Below, piece after piece: positions 9,206-19,547 of a DNA stretch of 64,000 nt. This DNA is from an uncultured delta proteobacterium (lineage in GTDB: Bacteria; Desulfobacterota; Binatia; Binatales; Binataceae). Location of the stretch: contig OY970324.1 in NCBI GenBank assembly GCA_963717005.1, positions 10,518 to 74,517 on the forward strand, read 5' to 3'. A program made the translations under genes and the position numbers. The notes beneath the pieces were generated by a model. It saw only the letters and a list, made by a program, of their open reading frames with translations. It was not told where the DNA came from and made no database searches. Positions within the stretch are counted from its first letter, which is position 1. Each line of letters begins with the position of its first letter.

Positions 9206-9763
9206 TCACTTCCGCGTAAATCCGATTTGGCGGCGATTCGGTGGTGCGGGCGCCATCAACTCGCGGATCGCATCGAAGACGACTTTAAACTGGGCATTGT
9301 ATTTCTTTTCGAGCGCGTCGAGCTTGCTTGCGAGCTCGGCGTGGGACGCAAGAATGCGACGCAGGCGCACAAACGCTCGCATGATCTCGATGTTCACCTG
9401 GATTGCGCGCGGACTCCTCAGCACGGTCGAGAGCATCGCAACTCCCTGCTCGGTGAAGGCGTATGGGCTCGCGCGGCGGATTCCGCCCCAACTTGAAATC
9501 ACAGTTTGTGATTTCAAGGCGTGAAACTCCTCCTCACTCAGTTGAAACATGAAGTCTTCCGGAAACCGTGCGAGATTCCGTTTTACGGCCTGCACAAGCG
9601 CCCGAGGTTCGACCTCGTAGAGGCCAGCAAGACCACCGCTGAGCATCACTCGATGACCGCGCAGGAGAAAAATCTGCTGTTCAATCAGATCGGCAAGAGA
9701 CGCGGAAGCTTCGGGAGACCAAGCCTGACGCCTCTTCCGATGCCTCTGCACAACGTTCGCCAT
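9206..9763 (-). CDS. ORF6N (KilA-N-related) domain protein
   Basis: [101 protein letters not shown] matches the ORF6N consensus (FPEDFMFQL...SSWGG...[16 protein letters not shown]...AIQVNI.IMRAFV). Confidence 0.7.
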   Translation of the reverse strand: MANVVQRHRKRRQAWSPEASASLADLIEQQIFLLRGHRVMLSGGLAGLYEVEPRALVQAVKRNLARFPEDFMFQLSEEEFHALKSQTVISSWGGIRRASPYAFTEQGVAMLSTVLRSPRAIQVNIEIMRAFVRLRRILASHAELASKLDALEKKYNAQFKVVFDAIRELMAPAPPNRRQIGFTRK

Positions 9764-9997
9764 AAGTCATTCTGCACGAACTGCCTCTTCAAATAGAAGG
9801 GACTGGGTAGCGGGATCGGTTGGGCCAGCGCTTCAAGCGCTTCGCTGCTGTTGTTCCGCGCAACTCCTGACCTGGTATTTTCCTCACGTACAGTCCGGTC
9901 ACTTCCATTCCGGTTGCCGAGACGACCCGCGATGCTGTAAGACGAAAACAGTAGCGCGACCGCTCGCCAACCCCGTCTTCGAAGGAGGGATCTTTCG

Positions 9998-11732
9998 ATG
10001 GCCGATTTCGATCTTCAGATCAAAGGTGGAACCGTTGTTGACGGAACGCGGGTGCCGCGATACCGCGCCGACGTCTCGGATCAAGGACGGCAAAATCGCG
10101 CAGGTCGGCGGCCGCGCCCCCGGCTTCGCGAAAAAGACCATCGACGCCGGCGGCATGATCGTCGCCCCGGGCTTCGTCGATTTGCACACCCATTACGACG
10201 CGCAGATTCGATGGGATCCTTACTGCACGATCTCGGGATGGCACGGCGTCACCTCGGTGGTGCTTGGCAATTGCGGCTTCGGCTTCGTGCCGGTGAAGCC
10301 CGATTTCCGCGAGCGATCGATGCTTACGATGACGCGCACCGAGGCGATTCCGTACGAATCGATGAAGGCCGGAATGAAGTGGGATTGGGAAACGATCCCG
10401 CAATACCTCGACTCACTCGATCGCACGGCCAAGGGCGTCAACGCGATCCAGTATCTGCCGACCTCGTCGCTGCTGACCTACGTGATGGGCCTCGAAGCGG
10501 CCAAAACGCGCGCCGCGACCGAAGCCGAACGCGCCGAAATGCGCCGGCTGCTGGCCGAAGGTATGGACGCCGGCCTCGGCGGATTCTCGGTGCAGCGGCT
10601 CGGCCCGGATTCCACCCAAGCCGACTTCGACGGCTCGCCGATGGTTACCGACACGATGTGCGACGAGGACATCCTGAACCTCGCCCGCGTGCTGCGCGAG
10701 CGCGACGAGGGTTTCATCCAGATCACGCAGGCGACCGGACACATCAAGGACGACCTCGCGTTCCTGGAGCGGCTCGCCGCCGAGGCGAACCGTCCAATCC
10801 TGCACAACGCGATCGCGCCCGCCCGCCACAATCCCAAGATTCATCAGCGCAGCCTCGCGTGGCTCAAGCGATGCCGCGAGAAGGGGCTGCCTATTTTCGG
10901 CCAGACGGCGACGCTGCGCACCGGCTTCGCGTTCACGCTTGAGCATTGGAATCTTTACGACGCGAGCCCCGCCTGGCGCACGGTCACGACCGGCAGCACC
11001 GCGGAGAAGATCGCCAAGATGAAGGACCCCGCGCTGCGCGAAGCCATCAAGCGCGAGCACGACGAGGCCAATCGCAAACTCGAAGCGATTCAGGCCGGCG
11101 TCGGCGGTCCGATTCGTAATCTGATTGTGTCGTGGGCCGGCGATAAGCCCGAGCTGGAAAAGTACGTCGGCAAATCGATCGGCCAAATCGCCGGCGAAGG
11201 GAACCAGCACGAGATTGACGCGATGCTCGATCTGTCGATCGCCGGCGGACTCAAGGTCGAGTTCCTCGGTCCCAATCGCGGCTTCAACGCGGAGTTCTAC
11301 GCCGAGATGATCAACGACTCGCCCTACACGATTCCCGGCGTTTCGGACGGCGGCGCGCACACCAAGTTCTTCACCGGCGGCGCTTACACGACCGACTTTC
11401 TCGGCTGGCTGGTTCGCGACGAACAACGCATCACGCTCGAGGAGGCGCACTACCGCCTGTCGGCGCTGCCCGCGCATGCGGCCGGCTTCCGCGACCGCGG
11501 CGTGCTGCGCGAAGGACTCGCGGCCAACGTCGTGGTTTACGATCTCGCTCGGCTGGGCGTCGAACCCGATTGGGTCGGCGATATCGCGCACGACTTTCCC
11601 GGCGGCGAGTGGCGGCGCGTGCAGCATGCGCGCGGCTATCGCGCGATCATCGTCAACGGCGAGATGACCTGGGACGACGGCCGCTGCACCGGCGCCACGC
11701 CCGGCAAGCTGCTGCGCGGCGGCCGCGGCTAG
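9998..11732 (+). CDS. N-acyl-D-amino-acid deacylase (D-aminoacylase) family amidohydrolase, with a -1 frameshift near 10080
   Basis: The N-terminus MADFDLQIKGGTVVDGTRVPRYRADV (frame of ORF 9998) continues as IKDGKIAQVGG...GGMIVAPGFVDLHTHYD...VVLGNCGF in the frame of ORF 10026..11732. The RBS GAAGGAGGG precedes the ATG at 9998. Confidence 0.75.
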
Positions 11733-11740
11733 CCGCGTCG

Positions 11741-12418
11741 ATGGCAGTCCAGATCTACAGCATGACCTCGGTGTCCGACGCGGTCGAGACCGCGGACGCC
11801 GGCGCCGATCTGATTGGCCTCGTGATTGCGGAGCCCGGCGTCGTCGCCGAAGCGATCGGCGCCGACCTTGCGCGCGAAATTCTTGCCGCGATTCGCCCGC
11901 GCTCGCGCGGCGTGGCGCTTTCACTGTCCGACGATCGCGACGAGATTTGCGCGATGGTTGACGCCGTCCGCCCCAACGTCTTGCACGTCGTGGCGCGCGA
12001 GATCGAACCTGAAGACTGCGCCTGGATTCGCCAGCGCATCGCGCCCGTCATGCTCCTGCGCGCGTTTGCGGTGCGCGCCGGCGAGACCCTCACCGAAGCC
12101 GACGCGCATCAGCACTGCCTCGACTACCTGATGCTCGATTCGGGCGCGAAAGGACCGCCGTATGCGGGCGCGACCGGCGAGACTCACGACTGGTCGATCA
12201 GCCGCAGCGTGGTCGAGCGCTCGCGCATCCCGGTGATTCTCGCGGGCGGACTTTCCGCGGACAACGTTGCGTCCGCAATCGCCGCGGTCAGGCCTTGGGG
12301 CGTCGATTCGTTCACGCACACCGACATTCCCGGCCGTCGCGGAAAAAAAGATCCAGCGCGGGTGCGCGCGTTCATCGCCGCCGCCAGACGCGGGTTCGCC
12401 GAAATTTTGAAAGCCTAG
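11741..12418 (+). CDS. phosphoribosylanthranilate isomerase (TrpF/PRAI) family protein
   Basis: The start is at the internal ATG MAVQIYSMTSVSDAVETADAGADLIGLV. The C-terminal ILAGGLSADNVASAIAAVRPWGVDSFTHTDI...GKKDPARVRAFI matches the PRAI (beta/alpha)8 signature. It lies 9 nt after the deacylase stop. Confidence 0.6.
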   Translation: MAVQIYSMTSVSDAVETADAGADLIGLVIAEPGVVAEAIGADLAREILAAIRPRSRGVALSLSDDRDEICAMVDAVRPNVLHVVAREIEPEDCAWIRQRIAPVMLLRAFAVRAGETLTEADAHQHCLDYLMLDSGAKGPPYAGATGETHDWSISRSVVERSRIPVILAGGLSADNVASAIAAVRPWGVDSFTHTDIPGRRGKKDPARVRAFIAAARRGFAEILKA

Positions 12419-13875
12419 GCGGATGCGCTTTCGCGCGCGAGCAGCGCCGCGGCTTCCCTCTCGACCCGCGTGCCTTTGAAAAATTTCGGATTCGCCCCGC
12501 CCCAGAAGCGCACCGGGTTGACGAACATGAAATCGCGGAAGTCGTCATCGGTGATCAGCCCGTTCTCGACCAGTTCATGCGCCTCGGGCACAACGTCCTT
12601 CATGTCGGGTACGTCGAAATGCCCGATGTCCGAGCCGAACAGCACGTTGAGCTTCGCGCCGTAGGGATTCGCCTTGCGATTGAACGCATAGGCGTTGAGC
12701 GGATCGTCGGCTTCGCAGCCGAAATAAAAATTATCGACGAATAAATCGCGGATGTCTTCGGCGCGCTTGATCTTGCACGCGGCGAAGTCGTCGAGCTCGC
12801 GAATCCCGCCGGTCGCACCGCTCTGATCGCGTTCGAGAATAGTCGCGACGTTGGGCGCCCCCGCCTTCTGTTCAATTTTACCCTCGACCCACTTGCCGCC
12901 GTATTCGCCAATGAGTTGCGTCAGCATCTCGCGATTCAGGTTGGCCGGATTCGTCTCCTCGAGCGCCTCGCGATTGCGCTTCTTCCAATGCCCGATCAGA
13001 TCGCAGTAAAGCCCGCATGCCCATCCGACGCCGCCCTCGAGGAATCCCATCTTGAGCTGCGGAAACCGGCGCGTCACGCCGCCCAGAAAGATCGCCTTGC
13101 AAACGGCTTCGCTCGCGGCGGCGAAGTGCCCGATGTGGTTGTAAACGAAATTGGTCGGCGAGTTGCGCAGGCCGACGCCGCGCGACCCCGAATGAAAGGT
13201 CGGCGAGATTCCCAGCTCGACGCATTTCGCCCACACCGGATCGTAGTTGTGCTCGCTGTCGAGCCCGAGCATGTCGAACCAGGTCGCGGCTCGCGCGCCG
13301 TCGGCCGCCGGAACATGCCGCCGCACCATGCTCGCCATCATCACGACTTTCAGCCCGAGTTCGTTCGTAACGTATTCGAGTTCCGCGCAGGCCTCCTCCG
13401 GCGTATGCATCGGGATGACCGCGGCGGGGGTCATGCGATCGGAAAATTCTCCGAAAAATTCCGCGATGAACTGGTTAAACGCGCGGCACGTCGCGCGGCG
13501 GGTTTCGTCATTCGGATGAAACGGGACGCCGAGTCCGGCCGTCGGATACAGCACAGTGAAATCCATTCCGAATTCGTCGAGCCGTTCGTAAAGCAGGCGC
13601 GGCAGGATTTCGGTCGCGCGGTCGCGCGTGTTCTTCGTCGGCAACGCCCAGAATGCTTCCTGCGCGCGCCGCGTGCGCTTGCGCTCTTCCGCCGACGTTG
13701 TCAGTTGCTTCGAGACTCTGCCGTTGAACGCGCGAAAGCCCTCGACCGCGCGGCTGCCGCCGAATTTTTCCAGCTGCTCGACGATGATCGGCCCGAACTC
13801 CAGCCAATGCCCGTCGGCGTCGATTACCGGATGCTTGAGACTCGCGCGAATCCGCTGCGCCGCTGATTTGCTCAT
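12415..13875 (-). CDS. amidohydrolase-2 family metal-dependent hydrolase
   Basis: HPVIDADGHWLE in the N-terminal region, with a TIM-barrel hydrolase layout. ATG at 13875 with GGAGG RBS at 9 nt. Confidence 0.65.
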   Translation of the reverse strand: MSKSAAQRIRASLKHPVIDADGHWLEFGPIIVEQLEKFGGSRAVEGFRAFNGRVSKQLTTSAEERKRTRRAQEAFWALPTKNTRDRATEILPRLLYERLDEFGMDFTVLYPTAGLGVPFHPNDETRRATCRAFNQFIAEFFGEFSDRMTPAAVIPMHTPEEACAELEYVTNELGLKVVMMASMVRRHVPAADGARAATWFDMLGLDSEHNYDPVWAKCVELGISPTFHSGSRGVGLRNSPTNFVYNHIGHFAAASEAVCKAIFLGGVTRRFPQLKMGFLEGGVGWACGLYCDLIGHWKKRNREALEETNPANLNREMLTQLIGEYGGKWVEGKIEQKAGAPNVATILERDQSGATGGIRELDDFAACKIKRAEDIRDLFVDNFYFGCEADDPLNAYAFNRKANPYGAKLNVLFGSDIGHFDVPDMKDVVPEAHELVENGLITDDDFRDFMFVNPVRFWGGANPKFFKGTRVEREAAALLARESASA

Positions 13876-14064
13876 TCGCTTCGCCTCCAACTTTATTCCC
13901 GGAGCTTAGTATCGGAGCCGCGCCGCCGCCAAGCATGACGCGATACCGCAGTCCCCAAGCTGCGGCGCCCTCTAGGCTCGCAGGCGCCAACAGTCTAGAA
14001 TCGCACCCTTTCCACTTCGCGCAGACGTTAGTTTCCACCCGGCACGATTTCCCGGGAGGCCAAA

Positions 14065-15231
14065 GTGATCCCGCTTCGTTACAACTTGCGCAGCCTGATG
14101 GTTCGTCGCGCCACCGCCGCGATGACGGCGTCGGTCGTCGCGCTGGTGGTGATGCTGCTATTCATCTTGTCGGGGTTCGTCGCCGGCTTGCGCGCGACCG
14201 TGATGCAAAACGCGCAGCCCGACAACTACATCGTGCTCAGCCGCGGCACCACCGACGAGGGCGGCAGCTTCATCTCGCACGAGCAATACGAGATCATCAA
14301 AAGCCGACCGCAAATCGCGACGACACCCGACGGCACTGCGCTGGTATCGCCCGAAGTGATCACCGGCTTCAATCCTGACCCCGCCGCACCGGTAACCTCT
14401 GACGTGATGTTCACGTTTCTGCGCGGGCTCTATCCAATCGGCTACAAGGTCCATCGCGGGATGCGGCTTGAGCGCGGGCGCTGGCCCAACGGCGGTGCGG
14501 CCGAGATGGTAGTCGGGCGCAAGCTCGCCGCGCGATACCCCAACCTGGCGGTCGGCAGCGATTTCAAATTTGGACCGCGCACTTTCAAAATTGTCGGGGT
14601 TTTCTCCGATCGGGACAGCGCGCGCGAATCGGAAATGCTGACCGATCTCAGCGTCCTGATCCAGGAGGTCCACGTCGCCAACGGCTTCGAGGTGCTGCAC
14701 GTCGTGTTGAAGCCGGGGATGCATGCGGACTTCGCCAAATCGCTCACCACCGATTCGCGCGTCAGAGTCGATACCATGTCGGAGCGGGACTTTTACTCGA
14801 AGCAGACCCAGTTCGTCGATCAGTTGCGCGCGCTCGGTCTGATCGTTGCGCTCATTCTCGCCATCGGTTCGGTGTTCGGCGCGATGAACACGATGTACTC
14901 CGCGGTCGCGCGACGCACCAGCGAAATCGGCGTGCTGCGAGTGCTGGGCTTCAGCCGCTTCAACGTGCTCACGAGTTTCGTAATCGAGAGCATCGCGCTC
15001 GCGCTGGTCGGCGGCGTGCTCGGCGAGATCCTCGGCGTGCTGGTCGCGTACTCGACCGGCCTCAGCAGCCAGCTCATGAACGTCGGCGAGTTCATTTTCA
15101 GATTTCGCCTGACCGTCGGCGCGTTCGTGACGGGAATGATCGCCGCAATCGTAATCGGCGCGCTCGGCGGCCTGATGCCCGCGTGGCGCGCTTCGCGCAT
15201 CGGCCTGGTCGAATCGCTGCGCTCGGTCTGA
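14065..15231 (+). CDS. ABC transporter permease, FtsX/MacB-like family
   Basis: An N-terminal TM helix, a large periplasmic domain, and C-terminal FtsX helices (GVLRVLGFSRFNV...). GTG start with GGGAGG RBS. Confidence 0.8.
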   Translation: MIPLRYNLRSLMVRRATAAMTASVVALVVMLLFILSGFVAGLRATVMQNAQPDNYIVLSRGTTDEGGSFISHEQYEIIKSRPQIATTPDGTALVSPEVITGFNPDPAAPVTSDVMFTFLRGLYPIGYKVHRGMRLERGRWPNGGAAEMVVGRKLAARYPNLAVGSDFKFGPRTFKIVGVFSDRDSARESEMLTDLSVLIQEVHVANGFEVLHVVLKPGMHADFAKSLTTDSRVRVDTMSERDFYSKQTQFVDQLRALGLIVALILAIGSVFGAMNTMYSAVARRTSEIGVLRVLGFSRFNVLTSFVIESIALALVGGVLGEILGVLVAYSTGLSSQLMNVGEFIFRFRLTVGAFVTGMIAAIVIGALGGLMPAWRASRIGLVESLRSV

Positions 15232-15243
15232 GCGGGATGTAAC

Positions 15244-16404
15244 GTGTTCAACTGGATCAAATTGATCGAACGCAACATGCGCCGGAATCTGCGCCGCACG
15301 ATTCTGACGATCCTTACGATCGCGCTCGCCACCTTCATCTATACGGTCCTGGTCTCGGTGCCGGCCTCGATGGATCGCGTGGTCAAGGACGCTTCCGGCA
15401 CGCTGCGCCTCATCATCAACAACAAGACCGCGCCGTGGGAAGATCTGCCGGCGCGCTACTGCGACGAAATAGACAAAATGCCGGGGGTCGCGGCCTGCGT
15501 CGCTATCACGGGATGGCCCGCGACCTGGCGCGATCCCAGCGAGCCGGTCTTCGGCGTGGGCGCCGGCCCCGAGGTTGGCGACGTGTTCCCCGATTACGCG
15601 CTGACCGGACAGCAGCGCCTCGAGACCGCGAAAGAAAAACGTGGCGCCATAGTCGGCGAGATCCTGATGCACAAGTACGGCTGGAAGGTTGGCGATACGA
15701 TAACGCTGCGCAGCACCGACTCAGACCACATGGAAATGACGTTCATCATCATCGGCCACATTTCTTCCAGCCGCTATCCCAACACATTCCTGATGCGCCG
15801 TGATTACCTGATGGCGGCGCGCAAGGCGCACGGGCTGCCCGATGAAGACATCGCTTGGAACATAATAGTGCGCGCTACCAGTAACGACGCGATGGGCCCA
15901 CTCGCCAAAACCATCGACGATCACTTCGCCAACTCCGATGCCGAAACGCGCACCATGACCGAAAGCGACGCACTATCTTCGGGCCTATCGGCCATCGGCA
16001 ACATCCGCGCGATCGTCTTCGCGCTTTCCGTGGTAGTGCTTCTAACAGTTCTACTCATAGCCGCTAACTCCACCGTCATGATGGTGCGCGAACAAATCAG
16101 CGACGTAGCCGTAATGCGCGCGCTAGGCTTCAGCCGCGGCGCAGTAGCATCTCTCCTATTCGGCGAATGCGCCGCGATAGGACTCTTGGGTGGAATCCTG
16201 GGCGCCGTCCCCGCACTCTGGGCGTTTTCCGGCGGCATAACCCTGGGCGCTGCGCTAGGCGGCAACGGCGCCTTATGGGTAACTCCCGCGCAGACCCTTA
16301 ACGCATTAATTGCCGCGCTGGCAGTAAGTCTGATCAGCGGCATAGTCCCAATCCTGGAAGCGGTAAGACTCCCGCCCGCGTTGGCATTCCGCAAAGTCGT
16401 GTAA
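15244..16404 (+). CDS. ABC transporter permease, FtsX/MacB-like family (paralog of the upstream gene)
   Basis: MFNWIKLIERNMRRNLRRTILTILTIALATF...AVMRALGFSRGAV, the same architecture. No ATPase gene is adjacent. Confidence 0.8.
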   Translation: MFNWIKLIERNMRRNLRRTILTILTIALATFIYTVLVSVPASMDRVVKDASGTLRLIINNKTAPWEDLPARYCDEIDKMPGVAACVAITGWPATWRDPSEPVFGVGAGPEVGDVFPDYALTGQQRLETAKEKRGAIVGEILMHKYGWKVGDTITLRSTDSDHMEMTFIIIGHISSSRYPNTFLMRRDYLMAARKAHGLPDEDIAWNIIVRATSNDAMGPLAKTIDDHFANSDAETRTMTESDALSSGLSAIGNIRAIVFALSVVVLLTVLLIAANSTVMMVREQISDVAVMRALGFSRGAVASLLFGECAAIGLLGGILGAVPALWAFSGGITLGAALGGNGALWVTPAQTLNALIAALAVSLISGIVPILEAVRLPPALAFRKVV

Positions 16405-16482
16405 CCGGTCTGAGTCTCCTATACCTATCCCGATTTGCGGCTAGCGACCACGTCGCCAGCCGCGGGAGAGGTGAATTCCATT

Positions 16483-17361
16483 TTAGATTGTGTCCGACAC
16501 ACCGGGAATGAACAGCGGTTCCATCGCGTAGTGTTCGACGTCGGCTTCCATCTCCGCGCGCGCCGGCGGCGTCGCTTTCACACTCGCCGCTTCAAGGATG
16601 TCGCGCAGAAGAGTCGCGTCGCTCGACGTATTCAGGAACAGTCCGGGCCGGCTGAGCACGAAATGGACACCGCGGCGGATCGCATCGCGATCGCGAAGCG
16701 GCTCGTACCAGCTGAATTTTCGGCCGTCGCCATTCTGCCATCGCCGCCGCGCCACCGACTTGATCGTCTGCGTCGCCACCCCGCGCTCGCGACAGACTCT
16801 CAGCAGCGCCTCAACGTCTTCCTCATATGACTTGATATCCAGCATCGTGAAATTGTACGGAAACAGCACCGAGTCGAATGCGAACCGCTCGAGGCTCCGC
16901 CGATGCATCGCGGCGACCTGCGAGCCATGACCGGTAACGCCGATAAACCGGACCAGCCCCTGCGCGCGCGCTTCGACCAATGCCTCAAGCGCGCCGCCCG
17001 CTCCTAGAGCCGTCGTCCATTCGTTCTCCGCGACGAGGTTGTGCATCTGGATCAGATCGATCTGATCGACGCGCAGCCGCTCGAGCGAGCGATGGAGACT
17101 GTCGCGTGCGCCTTGATAGGTGCGATCGCCGGTCTTGGTGGCGAGAAAGAACCGCTTGCGATGCTCCCGCATCCACGGCCCGATTCGCAGCTCCGACTCG
17201 CCGTATGAAGCCGCCGTGTCGATATGATTGATGCCGTATTCGAGCAGCACCTCGAGCACACCGTCGGCCTTGTCCTGCTTCATCCCGCCCAGCGCGGCCG
17301 CGCCGAAAAGAACGCGCGTGCTTTGATGACCGGTCTTCCCAAATGGGCTCGTCTCGATCAT
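16483..17361 (-). CDS. aldo/keto reductase
   Basis: GINHIDTAASYGESE...IGVTGHG, the AKR signature. Confidence 0.85.
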   Translation of the reverse strand: MIETSPFGKTGHQSTRVLFGAAALGGMKQDKADGVLEVLLEYGINHIDTAASYGESELRIGPWMREHRKRFFLATKTGDRTYQGARDSLHRSLERLRVDQIDLIQMHNLVAENEWTTALGAGGALEALVEARAQGLVRFIGVTGHGSQVAAMHRRSLERFAFDSVLFPYNFTMLDIKSYEEDVEALLRVCRERGVATQTIKSVARRRWQNGDGRKFSWYEPLRDRDAIRRGVHFVLSRPGLFLNTSSDATLLRDILEAASVKATPPARAEMEADVEHYAMEPLFIPGVSDTI

Positions 17362-17475
17362 GATACCACCTCACGGAATTTCATTTGAGCGAGCATCTTA
17401 CCGCGAACCGTGCTGATTGTAACCCCGACGGATCTCAGCTACCTTCGCGTCATTCTTCCAAAGGAGGTGCGTTTC

Positions 17476-17544
17476 ATGATCACAACGAGTAAGCCACTTG
17501 CGACCGAAGTCCGCGAAACGCACCTGCTGTCCGGCTGCCGCTAA
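17476..17544 (+). CDS. putative 22-codon small ORF/uORF (MITTSKPLATEVRETHLLSGCR) with a strong Shine-Dalgarno
   Basis: AAAGGAGGTG lies 6 nt upstream of the ATG. It is 48 nt upstream of the methyltransferase gene and is not in the ORF track (under 60 aa). Confidence 0.25.
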   Translation: MITTSKPLATEVRETHLLSGCR

Positions 17545-17591
17545 GCAAATCGCGTCATCACAGATTCGGCAGAGCGTTTCGCCAGGCGTCG

Positions 17592-18422
17592 TTGCGCGCC
17601 GCGGATACGCGCTCGCACTCGTGCGACAACCTTCCGCGGCAGCCTTTAACTCAGCGACATACCGGAGCAACGAAATTGAACATCTTCGAATTTTACGCGA
17701 CGATCGAGCGATATCACACAATTCAGAATCCGACTTCCGAAGAGAAGCTGGACCTGGCAACTCGTTACTGCGCGGTGCGCGACGGAATGCGCATCCTCGA
17801 CGTCGGATGCGGCAAGGGATGGTTGCTGCGCCGGATTGCAAAGCGGTTCGACATCCAGGCGACGGGACTCGAGATCAATCGGATGTTCGCGGCCGAGTCG
17901 CGGCGTCTCGCGGCGGAGGAAAATCTCACCGATCGTGTCCGGATCGTGGAAGGACCCGCGCTCGAGTTTCAGCCGGAGCGGGAAAGCTTCGACGTGGTGA
18001 TGTGCATCGGCGCCTCGTTCGCGCTTGGCGGCTTCGAGCCCGCACTCGATTGGATGAGCCGGGCGGCGAAGCGTGGCGGGACGATCGCGCTCGGCGAGGT
18101 GTTCGCCAAAGAGCTGCCCTATCCGCCGGAAGTGCCGCTCGGATCTCGCGCGGACGACTACCCGGACCGATCTTTGTGGAAGACGGTCGAGACGATGCGT
18201 GCGCACGGGATGCCGCTGCGCGGACTCGTCGAAGCTTCGCGGGACGATTGGCATCGCTATCATTCGTTGCATTGGCAGGCAGGCCTGGATTGGGCACTCG
18301 AAAATCCAGGCCATCCCGACGCAGGCAAACTCACCGACGCCACCGGCATGCGCCGCAACCTGGAACTCGATGGCCGCTATCTGGGCTGGGCAATCTTCGT
18401 CGCGCGTAACGGACTGGATTGA
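17592..18422 (+). CDS. class I SAM-dependent methyltransferase
   Basis: ILDVGCGKGW (motif I) and DVVMCIGA (motif II). The true start is likely a later TTG, about 17673 (LNIFEFYATIERY), with GGAG upstream. Confidence 0.7.
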   Translation: MRAADTRSHSCDNLPRQPLTQRHTGATKLNIFEFYATIERYHTIQNPTSEEKLDLATRYCAVRDGMRILDVGCGKGWLLRRIAKRFDIQATGLEINRMFAAESRRLAAEENLTDRVRIVEGPALEFQPERESFDVVMCIGASFALGGFEPALDWMSRAAKRGGTIALGEVFAKELPYPPEVPLGSRADDYPDRSLWKTVETMRAHGMPLRGLVEASRDDWHRYHSLHWQAGLDWALENPGHPDAGKLTDATGMRRNLELDGRYLGWAIFVARNGLD

Positions 18423-18509
18423 AAGTATCGTTCACGAACACGTAACCTCGCAAAACTCTTGCGCTTGCTCTATGTACATGGAGAGATCGAATTGAGGGAC
18501 AAAATTTAG

Positions 18510-19073
18510 ATGGGGCCAACAGGCAAAGCTATTTTTCTGACCAAGGGCGTCGGCAGGCATCGCGAGAAACTTACCTCGTTCGAGCTCGCGCTGCGCGACG
18601 CGCGGATCGCCGAGTTCAATCTCGTCCGTGTCAGTTCGATTTTCCCGCCCGGGTGCAAGGTCATCTCGATCCAGGACGGATTGAAGACCCTGACTCCCGG
18701 CCAGATCGTGTACACCGTCATGTACGACAACTCGACTGACGAACCGCATCGCCTGATGGCAACGTCGGTCGGCCTTGCGATTCCGGCCGACAAGGATCAG
18801 TACGGCTACCTGTCCGAGCACAAGAGTTTCGGGCAGACCGACGAGAAGGCCGGCGACTACGCCGAGGATCTCGCGGCGACGATGCTGGCGACGGCGCTCG
18901 GCGTGGACTTCGACCCCAACGTCAGCTACGACGAACGCAAGGACGTGTGGAAACTGTCGGATAAAATCGTGCGAACGCGCAATATCACGCAGTCGGCAAT
19001 CGGCGATCGCGACGGCCTCTGGACGACGGTGGTCACCGCCGCGGTATTTGTAAATCTGCCGACCGACAAGTAG
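18510..19073 (+). CDS. pdaD: pyruvoyl-dependent arginine decarboxylase
   Basis: The length and the [12 protein letters not shown] Ser-Ser self-cleavage site are typical of the PdaD family. Confidence 0.75.
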   Translation: MGPTGKAIFLTKGVGRHREKLTSFELALRDARIAEFNLVRVSSIFPPGCKVISIQDGLKTLTPGQIVYTVMYDNSTDEPHRLMATSVGLAIPADKDQYGYLSEHKSFGQTDEKAGDYAEDLAATMLATALGVDFDPNVSYDERKDVWKLSDKIVRTRNITQSAIGDRDGLWTTVVTAAVFVNLPTDK

Positions 19074-19090
19074 CGGCGCAGGTAACGGCG

Positions 19091-19543
19091 ATGGATCTCG
19101 GCGAACTCGAAAAGCGGATTGCCGTCCTCGAAGACATCGAGGCGATCAAGCAGCTCAAGGCCCGCTACTGCGCAATCTGCGACGACGATCACAATCCGGC
19201 GAAAATCACGACGCTGTTCGCTCCCGATGGCATCTGGGAGGGCGCCGGCGTCGGACGGCATCAGGGACACGACGCGATTCGCAAACTTTTCCAGGGTTTT
19301 CAGGAACGCATCAGCTTCTCCCAGCACAACGTGATGAATCCGATCATCGACGTGAACGGCGATCGCGCCACCGGCATCTGGTACTTCATCGGGCCGTTCA
19401 CCATGCGCAGTGGCAATCGCGCGATGTGGTTGGGCGCGCGCTACGAAGACGACTACGTCAAGCTCAACGGCGAGTGGAAGTTCGCGCACTTGCGCGCGAT
19501 CGGCAGAATGTCGGCGCCGTACGAGAAAGGCTGGGCGAAATAG
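19091..19543 (+). CDS. SnoaL-like / NTF2-fold protein
   Basis: EDIEAIKQLKARYCAICDDDH...GIWEGAGVG...GDRATGIWYF fits the SnoaL_4 pattern. Confidence 0.6.
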   Translation: MDLGELEKRIAVLEDIEAIKQLKARYCAICDDDHNPAKITTLFAPDGIWEGAGVGRHQGHDAIRKLFQGFQERISFSQHNVMNPIIDVNGDRATGIWYFIGPFTMRSGNRAMWLGARYEDDYVKLNGEWKFAHLRAIGRMSAPYEKGWAK

Positions 19544-19547
19544 CGCG

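Noticed and set aside
10413-11924. A 503-aa minus-strand ORF opposite the D-aminoacylase
   Set aside because: A shadow ORF, Arg-rich. The plus strand carries the conserved amidohydrolase.
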